Assembly: GCA_902566515.1 (NCBI GenBank)
Contig: CACFIX010000001.1
Coordinates: 32,220 to 96,219 of the forward strand
Source of the DNA: an uncultured Candidatus Actinomarina sp.
Lineage (GTDB): Bacteria > Actinomycetota > Acidimicrobiia > Actinomarinales > Actinomarinaceae
DNA: 64,000 bases
Direction: 5' to 3'
The translations under genes were made by a program, and so were the position numbers. The notes beneath the pieces are model-generated. The model did not search any database. It had not been told where the DNA came from and saw nothing but the letters and a program-made list of their open reading frames with translations. Positions 51,926 to 60,888 of the stretch are shown piece after piece; the first letter of the stretch is position 1; each line of letters opens with the position of its first letter.

Positions 51926-54900
51926 ATGACTAAATCATTTGTTCATCTACATGCACATACAGAGTATTCAATGTTAGATGGTGCTGCAAAAATTGTTGAT
52001 TATTTAAGAAAAGTAAAAGAGTTAAACCAACCAGCTGCTGCAATAACTGATCATGGAAATCTTTACGGTGCAATGGAGTTTGTTCAAAAAGCAAATGATT
52101 TAGGAATCAAACCAATTATTGGATATGAAGCATATATCACGCCAGGTTCCAGATTTGATAGGCCAGATAGAGAAAATAATAAAAGATATCATTTAACTTT
52201 ATTAGCTGAAAATAATAATGGATACCAAAATTTAGTTGAATTAGTCAGTAAAGCATACACAGAGGGCTATTATTATAAACCCAGAATTGATTACGAACTT
52301 TTAGATCAACATCATGACGGCTTAATCGCTTTATCTGGATGTCTTGGAGGAGAGCTAGCACAACACTTAGCACCGGACGGTTCAGTAGAAGAAGGCAATA
52401 CCTCAAATGAAAGAAGTTTTGAAAAAGCTTTAGAGATTGCAAAAAAATATCAATCCATATTTGGTAAAGAAAATTATTTTATTGAAATCCATAATCATGG
52501 AATCAAGCAACAACTTGATATTCTTGATGACTTAGTGGAAATTGCTGAACTAATAGATGCACCACTTGTCGCTGCGAATGATTCCCATTATGTAGAGGAA
52601 AATGGCGCAGAAGCACATGATGCACTTCTTTGCGTTCAAACAAATAGAACATTAGATGACGAAAGCAGATTTAGGTTTGACGGTTCAGGTTATTACGTAA
52701 AGTCTGCTGAAGAGATGAGAAAATTGTTTCCTGAAGATAAGTATCCAGGTGCCTGTGACAACACGCTTGTAATTGCGGATAGAGTAAATTATGAATTTAA
52801 TTTTGACAACAGCTATCTCCCAGATTTTCCAATTGAAGATAAAAACGTTTCTCCAGAAGAGCTTTTAAAAATAAAAGTATATGAAGGGGGAGAACGTAAA
52901 TATGAGACTTTGACTTCTGAGATTATTGAAAGAATAGATTATGAATTGGATGTCATAAATTCTATGGGATTTGCTTCATATTTTTTAATCGTTGGTGATT
53001 TAATTGAATTTTCAAAAAAAAGAAATATAAGGACAGGAGCAGGAAGAGGATCAGCTGCAGGATCAATAGTTTCATATTGTTTAGGAATTACTGGAATTGA
53101 ACCACTTGAATATGGATTAATCTTTGAACGATTTCTTAATAAAGGAAGAAAATCTCTTCCTGATATTGATATGGACTTTGATGAGAGATACAGAAATGAT
53201 GTAATCCAATATGCTATTGACAAATATGGTCAAGACAGGGTTGCTCATATAGTTACTTTTGCGACAATTAAAGCTAAACAGGCAATAAGAGATGCAGCAA
53301 GAGTATTAGGACTTCCTTTTTCTAGTGGTGATAGAGTAGCAAAATTAATGCCTCCAATGATACTTGGAAATACAGCAACTATTTCAGAGTGCTTAAGTCT
53401 TGATGAAGAAAACACTAGTGGTTATAGCAAAGAATTTTATTCTGCTTCAGAAGAGCTTAGAAAACAATACAAAAATGATGAGGAAGCTAAAAAAATTATT
53501 GATATCGCTTTAGGTCTTGAAGGCTTAAGAAGACAAGATGGAATTCATGCTGCAGCTATAGTAATTTCTCCAGATACTATAACAAAATTTTTGCCAATTC
53601 AACAAAAAGGCTCAAATGCAGAAATTGTTACACAATATGAAATGCACACAGTGGAGCAACTTGGTTTATTAAAGATGGACTTTTTAGGACTGAGAAATTT
53701 ATCAATAGTTGATAGAACTTTAGAGCTTATTGGTAGTGAAAGCATTGATATAGACAATTTAAAACTAAATGATGAAAAAACTTTTAAGTTATTTTCTGAA
53801 GGTAAAATGACTGGAGTATTTCAACTGGAAAGTAGAGTAGCACAGTCTACTTCAAGAAGTTTAAAGCCAAAAAGATTTGAAGATATAGTTGCACTGGTTG
53901 CTTTAATTAGACCGGGACCCCTTGGTGCTGGTATGCACAATGAATTTGCGGATAGAGCAAACAATAGAAAAGAGATTGAATATCTACACAATGATCTTGA
54001 AAGTATTTTAAATGAAACTTATGGAGTGATTTTATACCAAGAACAAGTTATGCAGATTGCCGAAAAAATTGCAGGATTTAATCTGCAAGAAGCAGACAAT
54101 TTAAGAGTTGCTATGGGAAAAAAAATTCCAAAAGTAATGGAAGAGCAGAGGAAAAAATTTACAGATGGAGCTGTTTCCAACAATTATTCAGAACAGTTTG
54201 CTATAGAGCTATTTGACCAAATTGCATATTTTGCTGGTTATGGATTTAACAAAAGCCATTCAGTTCCGTATGCATTATTGGCATATCAAACAGCCTATTT
54301 AAAAGCTAATTATCCTGCTGAATACATAGCTGCTTGCTTAACAGCAGTTAAAAGAGATAAAGATCGTACTGCAATCTTTTTATCTGAAGCCAGGGATATG
54401 GGAGTAAAAGTTTCAACCCCAGATATTAATTTAAGCTCTTCAGATTTCACAGTTAATGACAATGAGATTCTTTTTGGCTTGTCTGCAGTGAGAAATGTAG
54501 GAGATATTACAGCGGACAAAATAGTTTTAGAACGAGATAGTAATGGAGACTTTAAATCTATTGAAGATTTTTTATCTCGTATAGACTCAAGATCTCTTAA
54601 CAAAAGAGGAGTCGAGGCATTAATTCAAGGGGGAGGCCTTGACAAATTTGGTTTTACAAGAAAAGGAATGTTTGATTCTGCTATAGAATTGATTGAGAAT
54701 GCAAAAGAACTAAAAGCTAATAAAGAAAACAACCAAGGAACTTTATTTCCGATTGGAGATTCTAATTCAACAACCATAAATATAAAAAATACTGAGTGGG
54801 ATAAAAAAGAACTACTTGAAAGAGAAAGGGAAATGCTTGGTTTTTTTGTAAGCGAAGATCCCCTTGAAGGATATGGAGAAGTTTTAAAATCTGAGTCCTC

Positions 54901-55423
54901 CCATTCAATTATTGAACTACAGAGCGTAGGAGACGAAGAAGAATTAAATGTAACAATTTCAGGATTAATTTCAAATGTTCAAAAACGAGTTTCTAGAAGA
55001 GGTAATCCATGGATACAATTTGACATACAAGATCTTACAGGAACTTCAGGAGTACTTTTATTTAACAAGTTAGTAGATAAATATAATGCATCAATAGATG
55101 GAGAAATCTATCTCAAAGTTTCTGGAACTTATGTTGGAGGGTCTGAAAATACTATTAGAGCCAGAGATATTGAAGTCATAGAACCATCAAAAATGATTGA
55201 AAATTTAGATGTTTCACCACTTAGAATATCAGTTGATGAAGAAAAGTTAGACAAAAAAAACTTAGTGCTTTTGAAAGAATTGTTAGAAAAATTTCCGGGA
55301 TTATCTTCAGTTGAGCTTGAAGTGAACTCAAAATCTGGTTCAAGATTATTGGAATTAAAAGAAATAAAAGTAAAGAAAACCAATCAACTCAAGAATGAAA
55401 TTATTACATTACTGGCAAAATAA
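51926..55423 (+). CDS. dnaE: DNA polymerase III alpha subunit
   Basis: PHP domain FVHLHAHTEYSMLDGA, 1165 aa. Confidence 0.95.
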   Translation: MTKSFVHLHAHTEYSMLDGAAKIVDYLRKVKELNQPAAAITDHGNLYGAMEFVQKANDLGIKPIIGYEAYITPGSRFDRPDRENNKRYHLTLLAENNNGYQNLVELVSKAYTEGYYYKPRIDYELLDQHHDGLIALSGCLGGELAQHLAPDGSVEEGNTSNERSFEKALEIAKKYQSIFGKENYFIEIHNHGIKQQLDILDDLVEIAELIDAPLVAANDSHYVEENGAEAHDALLCVQTNRTLDDESRFRFDGSGYYVKSAEEMRKLFPEDKYPGACDNTLVIADRVNYEFNFDNSYLPDFPIEDKNVSPEELLKIKVYEGGERKYETLTSEIIERIDYELDVINSMGFASYFLIVGDLIEFSKKRNIRTGAGRGSAAGSIVSYCLGITGIEPLEYGLIFERFLNKGRKSLPDIDMDFDERYRNDVIQYAIDKYGQDRVAHIVTFATIKAKQAIRDAARVLGLPFSSGDRVAKLMPPMILGNTATISECLSLDEENTSGYSKEFYSASEELRKQYKNDEEAKKIIDIALGLEGLRRQDGIHAAAIVISPDTITKFLPIQQKGSNAEIVTQYEMHTVEQLGLLKMDFLGLRNLSIVDRTLELIGSESIDIDNLKLNDEKTFKLFSEGKMTGVFQLESRVAQSTSRSLKPKRFEDIVALVALIRPGPLGAGMHNEFADRANNRKEIEYLHNDLESILNETYGVILYQEQVMQIAEKIAGFNLQEADNLRVAMGKKIPKVMEEQRKKFTDGAVSNNYSEQFAIELFDQIAYFAGYGFNKSHSVPYALLAYQTAYLKANYPAEYIAACLTAVKRDKDRTAIFLSEARDMGVKVSTPDINLSSSDFTVNDNEILFGLSAVRNVGDITADKIVLERDSNGDFKSIEDFLSRIDSRSLNKRGVEALIQGGGLDKFGFTRKGMFDSAIELIENAKELKANKENNQGTLFPIGDSNSTTINIKNTEWDKKELLEREREMLGFFVSEDPLEGYGEVLKSESSHSIIELQSVGDEEELNVTISGLISNVQKRVSRRGNPWIQFDIQDLTGTSGVLLFNKLVDKYNASIDGEIYLKVSGTYVGGSENTIRARDIEVIEPSKMIENLDVSPLRISVDEEKLDKKNLVLLKELLEKFPGLSSVELEVNSKSGSRLLELKEIKVKKTNQLKNEIITLLAK

Positions 55424-55436
55424 CTAGAATTTAATT

Positions 55437-55646
55437 ATGACGTTAAATGTAGAAGATTTAATAAATAGATTTAAAGAGCGTGCTGAAGCTGTAAAGAATC
55501 GTTCTATTCCACCTGTAGGAGGGGATGATAGAATGGCATTTATTAAACAAGCTGAAACAGACTATCAAGATTTTATGATGATTGCTGATTCAGAAGTTGA
55601 AATTACTGAAAAATATTTAATTTTAAAATTTAAATTAGATAATTAG
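55437..55646 (+). CDS. Small hypothetical protein
   Basis: 69-aa ORF immediately after dnaE, convergent with thyX; no motif recognised. Confidence 0.25.
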   Translation: MTLNVEDLINRFKERAEAVKNRSIPPVGGDDRMAFIKQAETDYQDFMMIADSEVEITEKYLILKFKLDN

Positions 55647-56305
55647 TTTAAATTTTCTCCCATTGGAAAAATTTTATTAATCACATCCGCACATGCTATT
55701 GCAATTTCCATGTGTTCTTTTTGAGTTCCATTAGCTGATCTGAGTTCAATGTAATGTATCCAGCTTCTTAACGTTCCATTCATGTATAGACGACTTACAG
55801 TATTGCCTTCTGGCAAAACAGATCTTGCTTGCTCTTTAGCAATACCATTTTCAATTGCCCAGTTATAGGCTTCAGTTGCGTCTTTGATTATCTTTTCTTG
55901 TTTATTTTTCCAATTCTCTGATATTTCATCATTTTCAGTTTCGATAGAATTTTGTCTGTTTTTTGGATCTTGCATTCTTGCTTCTCTCACAATGAATTCC
56001 AAATCTTTTACGGGATTGGCATATCGTTGGCTAAATTCCTGAAAACTAAAAGATCTATGTCTCAACATTTGTCTTGCTATATCCCTTGTTGTTTCGATTT
56101 CTAGACAAGCGCTAACCATTTCTAGTGGTGACCAATGGGCATTGTTGATAAGATATTTTATTAATCTTTCACTAGTCTCTGTGTTTAGTTGATTTGATGG
56201 ATTAGAAACCCTTGCACAGAAAGCAACCAATTCTTGAGCATCGTCGATACCACTATCAGCAATTTCTTCAGTTGGTTTGGAATAACTTATTAATTTAACT
56301 TTCAT
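55643..56305 (-). CDS. thyX: Flavin-dependent thymidylate synthase
   Basis: ThyX motif RHRSFSFQEFSQRY. Confidence 0.85.
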   Translation of the reverse strand: MKVKLISYSKPTEEIADSGIDDAQELVAFCARVSNPSNQLNTETSERLIKYLINNAHWSPLEMVSACLEIETTRDIARQMLRHRSFSFQEFSQRYANPVKDLEFIVREARMQDPKNRQNSIETENDEISENWKNKQEKIIKDATEAYNWAIENGIAKEQARSVLPEGNTVSRLYMNGTLRSWIHYIELRSANGTQKEHMEIAIACADVINKIFPMGENLN

Positions 56306-56334
56306 TTATGTAACTATATTAAAATATTTAAAAT

Positions 56335-56598
56335 ATGTTTTTATTAAGAATAATAGTTTTTTTAATCTTGATTTCGCTAGTCATGATTCTTGCATATCCT
56401 TTATTAATTGTTTTCGATATTTCAACTGGTGGAAATGGTTTTGGTGTATGCGAAGATCTTTTGACTTGTACGATTCCAATTACTGCAGGCCCAAGATTAC
56501 TTGTAACTCTTATTAGCGCTTTTTTCTTTCTAGTTTTTTTACTAAGAATTATTATGAAATCTATAAATTACTTAAATAAAGAAGAATCTATTCTTTAA
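56335..56598 (+). CDS. Small hypothetical membrane protein
   Basis: 87 aa, 2 TM. Confidence 0.2.
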   Translation: MFLLRIIVFLILISLVMILAYPLLIVFDISTGGNGFGVCEDLLTCTIPITAGPRLLVTLISAFFFLVFLLRIIMKSINYLNKEESIL

Positions 56599-57427
56599 TC
56601 ACTAGAAATATTGAAAACAAAACTAGTGATACTCCAATCCAGCTCATCAATCCTAACATTTCACCAGCAATCAATATTCCGATAAAAAGAGCAAAAATTG
56701 CCTCCAAACTCAAAATTAATGCTGATGTAGATGCTTTAATTGCTTTTTGCCCATAAAGTTGAAGATAGAATGCACCAACATTTACAACTATTCCTAGAAA
56801 AGATATTGGTAATATATATCCAATTAGATTTGAAAACTCATTTATATTCAAAAAAGGAACGCAAAGAATAGCACCTGTTATTGATTGAACTGCCATGAGC
56901 TGAGAGATACTAAGATTGCTGACATATCTTTCAACAAAAACTATGTGCATTGCATATGCAATTGCGCAAATAAATGTAAAAATATTTCCAAAGATTTGGG
57001 AAAAATCAGTTATTGAAATAAAAACAATACCTAAGAATCCCAAAATGGAATACAAATAGTTACTACGGGTTAGCGAAGTTTTGTTAATTGCTCTAGAAAA
57101 AAAAGGAGTCAAAACAACATAAAAACCAGTCACTACTCCAGAATTAATTGTTGAGGTAGTTACTAGACCTTGAGTTTGGGAAATGTAACCAACCCAAAGG
57201 AAAAAACCCATCAGCACCCCTGGTTTCAAAGTTTCCTTTTTTGGTAATCCACCGATTATTAAGAAAAAGAATGCAGCAATTAAATATCTCATGAAAACAA
57301 CAAATGTTGGACTAAAAGTACCTAACAAGTTTTTAACAATTAAAAATGTTGAACCAAAGAACATTGCTGAAAAAAACAGCGCAAACAATGACTTATTTTT
57401 ATCACTTAACAACATATGGTTGAACAA
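56588..57427 (-). CDS. EamA/DMT-family transporter
   Basis: 10 TM, two EamA-like halves. Confidence 0.65.
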   Translation of the reverse strand: MFNHMLLSDKNKSLFALFFSAMFFGSTFLIVKNLLGTFSPTFVVFMRYLIAAFFFLIIGGLPKKETLKPGVLMGFFLWVGYISQTQGLVTTSTINSGVVTGFYVVLTPFFSRAINKTSLTRSNYLYSILGFLGIVFISITDFSQIFGNIFTFICAIAYAMHIVFVERYVSNLSISQLMAVQSITGAILCVPFLNINEFSNLIGYILPISFLGIVVNVGAFYLQLYGQKAIKASTSALILSLEAIFALFIGILIAGEMLGLMSWIGVSLVLFSIFLVIKE

Positions 57428-57451
57428 TAATATATTGTTTAAAATAGTGAT

Positions 57452-58093
57452 GTGATAACAAATAAAGAAAAAAAAGCGAATGATATTTTAGAAATACTTG
57501 AAAAATTATATCCTAAAACTCCAATTCCTTTATCTCACAAAGACCCTTATACACTATTGGTAGCAGTTGTACTATCAGCCCAATGTACTGATGAAAGAGT
57601 AAATAAAATTACTCCACTTTTGTTCAAAGAAGCAAACAATCCCAAAAAAATGGTAAAGCTTGGTGTAAGAAATATAGAAAAAATAATTAGACCTTGTGGT
57701 CTATCACCACAAAAATCTAAAGCAATCCACACTTTATCAAAAATACTTGATAAAAATCATGGTTCTAAAGTTCCAGAAAATTTTAAAGATCTTGAAAATT
57801 TACCCGGTGTTGGACATAAAACAGCCTCAGTAGTTATGAGTCAAGCATTTGGGTTCCCTACTTTTCCAGTTGATACCCATATTCATCGTTTAGCTTGGAG
57901 GTGGGGACTTTCAACAGGAAAAAATGTAGAACAAACTGAAAAAGATTTAAAACGCTTATTTCCTATGGATAAATGGAATAAATTGCATTTACAAATAATA
58001 TTTTATGGAAGAGAGTTTTGTCCAGCTAGAGGTCATGATTTAGAAAAATGTATTATTTGCTTGAAGCATAGAAGAAAAAATAATTTCAAATAA
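57452..58093 (+). CDS. nth: Endonuclease III (HhH-GPD DNA glycosylase)
   Basis: LPGVGHKTASVVM (HhH, catalytic Lys), VDTHIHRL (Asp); C-terminal Cys cluster atypical. Confidence 0.8.
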   Translation: MITNKEKKANDILEILEKLYPKTPIPLSHKDPYTLLVAVVLSAQCTDERVNKITPLLFKEANNPKKMVKLGVRNIEKIIRPCGLSPQKSKAIHTLSKILDKNHGSKVPENFKDLENLPGVGHKTASVVMSQAFGFPTFPVDTHIHRLAWRWGLSTGKNVEQTEKDLKRLFPMDKWNKLHLQIIFYGREFCPARGHDLEKCIICLKHRRKNNFK

Positions 58094-58144
58094 TCACAAG
58101 TATCATAAATATTCATAAAAAAAATCAAAGTATATATTTATATA

Positions 58145-58852
58145 ATGGACCTTAATTTTGGAATTGCATTTTTTTTTGGAGTCATATCATTTTTTTCACC
58201 TTGCGTCTTACCTCTAGTGCCTGGTTATCTTGCTATATTTTCATTAAATAAAAATGATCAAATTTCACGTATAATTGGATCATTACAGTTCGTACTAGGT
58301 TTCTCTTTTGTCTTTGTTAGTTTGGGTGCTCTGGCAACTACTCTAGGATCTTTTTTTAGTAGAAATTCCACAATTTTGTCACAAATTAGTGGATTCATAA
58401 TTATATTTTTTGGTTTAATACTTTTAATTCCTAAATTAAATACTCGATATTTTTATGGTTCTAATTTATTAAATATTGATAAATTCAATAAATCCAAAAA
58501 CTTACTTATGGGATTTACTTTTGGATTCGGCTTTACTCCTTGTATTGGTCCAGTTCTTGGAGCTCTATTAACACTTTCTTCAAAGGCAGAAACAATAAAT
58601 AGTGGAGTATTTTATTTAATTATGTTTTCTTTAGGTATGGGAATACCATTTCTTTCTATTGCTATTCTTTCAAATCGAATCAATCTTAAAAATAGGTTAT
58701 TCGTAAATTTTCAAAAATTCTCAAGTAAATTTTCAGGACTTGTTTTAATTGGAATAGGTTCACTTATTTATACAGACAAAATGTATATTTTGGCTTCTTT
58801 CTTTCAAGAGATACTGTATTTATTAAATCTTGATTGGTTGAGTACAATCTAG
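58145..58852 (+). CDS. ccdA: Cytochrome c-type biogenesis thiol-reductant transporter CcdA (DsbD family)
   Basis: FFSPCVLPLVPGYL and second Cys motif FTPCIGPVLGA, 6 TM. Confidence 0.8.
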   Translation: MDLNFGIAFFFGVISFFSPCVLPLVPGYLAIFSLNKNDQISRIIGSLQFVLGFSFVFVSLGALATTLGSFFSRNSTILSQISGFIIIFFGLILLIPKLNTRYFYGSNLLNIDKFNKSKNLLMGFTFGFGFTPCIGPVLGALLTLSSKAETINSGVFYLIMFSLGMGIPFLSIAILSNRINLKNRLFVNFQKFSSKFSGLVLIGIGSLIYTDKMYILASFFQEILYLLNLDWLSTI

Positions 58853-58855
58853 GAT

Positions 58856-59425
58856 ATGTCATTAAATATAAGCAGTGAAGTATCTTTAAAGTTTTCTGGG
58901 AAAGATGCCTATAGCTTTGTTGATTCACTTATTTCAAATTCAATCTCAGAATCTGAAATAAAGTTTTCATATCTTTTAGGACCAGATGGAAAAGTTATGT
59001 TTTGGTTTATTTGTTCACTAAACAGTCAAGAATTTCATATGTATCAATCCTTAGACGTACTTGAAGAAATGATAGAAGTATTTAATAAATATAAAATTAG
59101 GATTGATTGTGATATTGAAATATCTAAAAAAGCTACTAACTTTAAAATTCAAAAAGATGGTGATAAATTAAATGTTATTCCCTCAAACAAATTAGAGGAC
59201 AATAAATCTTGGGATATGTTGGGATTGTCGCTTGAACTACCTTTAAAAAATATTATTGATAACGGCATACTTCCAAATGAAGTTAATTGGCTAGAGAATT
59301 TTGTTGATTATTTTAAAGGTTGTTTTATGGGGCAGGAACAAACTTCGAGGGTTAAATATAGAGGCAGGCCCAGAAGAATTCTTAAAACGTTACCAAACTC
59401 AACTCAGGAAATAGTAAAAATCTAA
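58856..59425 (+). CDS. YgfZ/GcvT-like folate-binding protein (short form)
   Basis: N-terminal LKFSGKDAYSFVDSLISN and C-terminal KGCFMGQEQTSR (KGCYxGQE-like) motifs. Confidence 0.5.
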   Translation: MSLNISSEVSLKFSGKDAYSFVDSLISNSISESEIKFSYLLGPDGKVMFWFICSLNSQEFHMYQSLDVLEEMIEVFNKYKIRIDCDIEISKKATNFKIQKDGDKLNVIPSNKLEDNKSWDMLGLSLELPLKNIIDNGILPNEVNWLENFVDYFKGCFMGQEQTSRVKYRGRPRRILKTLPNSTQEIVKI

Positions 59426-59431
59426 AATTAT

Positions 59432-59749
59432 ATGGTTACAAATAAACCTAGATGCAGTTATTGTGGTCGCATTTTACACAAACAAGTTTCTGAAAAATAT
59501 TTTGTTTGCTCAATTAAATGTAAATATTTAATTAAAAATACAGAATATATTATTTCAGTAGATTCTATTGTCTTTAATCTTAATAGTTATAAGTGGAATA
59601 AAGTTGAAGATTTATTACAAAAAGCTCAAATTAATAAATTTGATTTTATATCCTCTGTAAGAAGACTTATTTATTTTCAAGCAAAGTTAAAAGCTAAAGA
59701 TACTAAAGAAATAAACCAAAAGTCTTTAATATCTAAAGTGAAAATATAG
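59432..59749 (+). CDS. Small hypothetical protein with N-terminal Cys4 ribbon
   Basis: CSYCGR...CSIKCKY. Confidence 0.25.
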   Translation: MVTNKPRCSYCGRILHKQVSEKYFVCSIKCKYLIKNTEYIISVDSIVFNLNSYKWNKVEDLLQKAQINKFDFISSVRRLIYFQAKLKAKDTKEINQKSLISKVKI

Positions 59750-60329
59750 CTCCTTTATCAAATTTTTTTAAAGATACTTGAACTATTGGTCCAATACTTA
59801 TTACCATAAACACAGTCCCTAAGCCAAAAGATCCTCCGAGGACAACCCCAGTTATAAATGCAGTAAAGTCAATTGCAATCCTTGTTACCCTTATGCTTGG
59901 ACCAAGTCTTGAAACTCCTACCATAATCCCATCTCTTGGTCCTGGTCCAAGTCCTGAACCGACATATATACCAATCCCTATACCAAAACAAATAGTTCCA
60001 AATATAAGATAGGCAATTTTTATAATCAAGTCATCTGGACTCTGAATGTAATGCATAGTTAAGTCAGTAACATTTCCTATAGTCAAAATATTTAAAATTG
60101 TGCCAATGAATGGTTTTTGTTTTAGAGGTATCCATCCTAACAAAACAATAAATCCAGTAATAACAGATGCTTGACCAATTTTTACATTTATTAATTTACT
60201 AAAACCATCATGAAAAACATCCCATGGGTTCAATCCTAGGTTGGCTTCAATTGTGAATCCCAAACCCATTCCACAAAGAAACAAACCTATCATTAGTTGT
60301 GGAAGTCTATTAATAACTCTTTTAGTCAT
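59733..60329 (-). CDS. YczE/YitT-like membrane protein
   Basis: 198 aa, 5-6 TM, ...GMGLGFTIEANLGLNPWDVF... Confidence 0.4.
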   Translation of the reverse strand: MTKRVINRLPQLMIGLFLCGMGLGFTIEANLGLNPWDVFHDGFSKLINVKIGQASVITGFIVLLGWIPLKQKPFIGTILNILTIGNVTDLTMHYIQSPDDLIIKIAYLIFGTICFGIGIGIYVGSGLGPGPRDGIMVGVSRLGPSIRVTRIAIDFTAFITGVVLGGSFGLGTVFMVISIGPIVQVSLKKFDKGAIFSL

Positions 60330-60699
60330 TATTTATAAAGAGATTTTCAAGTTGAGATATATTTTCAGGACATAGCTCGTAAGTAGATTGGAATCTTAAT
60401 ATAGGCACAATTCGGTCATCCTTATCAATTGATAAACCGTAATTATTTATTTGTGATGTGATTATTTCAATAGAAGAATTTTCATTAGTCCACTTTTCTG
60501 CATTAAGACAGATTTCTTTACCCAGATTGACTAAATCAGAATCGTTCAATTCATTTAACGTATCTTCACTATCCGCAATTCTGACTTGATTAATAAATTC
60601 ATCACCAAATATTTCAGAATTAAAAGTGCTATAACTTATAAAACCAATTACGGAAATAATAAAAATGACTATAAAAGTTATTAAAGTTTTATCGTTCAT
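60322..60699 (-). CDS. Hypothetical exported protein
   Basis: N-terminal signal/TM, acidic soluble domain. Confidence 0.25.
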   Translation of the reverse strand: MNDKTLITFIVIFIISVIGFISYSTFNSEIFGDEFINQVRIADSEDTLNELNDSDLVNLGKEICLNAEKWTNENSSIEIITSQINNYGLSIDKDDRIVPILRFQSTYELCPENISQLENLFINND

Positions 60700-60741
60700 A
60701 TTATATTATTAGCCCTTCTTTGATTTATTTTACTAAATTAG

Positions 60742-60823
60742 TACCCGGAGGGGGAGTCGAACCCCCACATCCGAAGATACTGGATTTTGAATCCAGCGCG
60801 TCTGCCAATTCCGCCATCCGGGC
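60742..60823 (-). tRNA. tRNA-Leu (anticodon CAA)
   Basis: Cloverleaf on minus strand: acceptor GCCCGGA/UCCGGGU, anticodon stem CUGGA/UCCAG with loop UUCAAAA, long variable arm, T-arm GGGGGUUCGACUCCCCC; CCA not encoded. Confidence 0.9.
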
Positions 60824-60888
60824 TTTATAAAGATTATATTCATATCAAAATAAATGAGAGAAAATTTTTATAAGTTTACAATAATATT

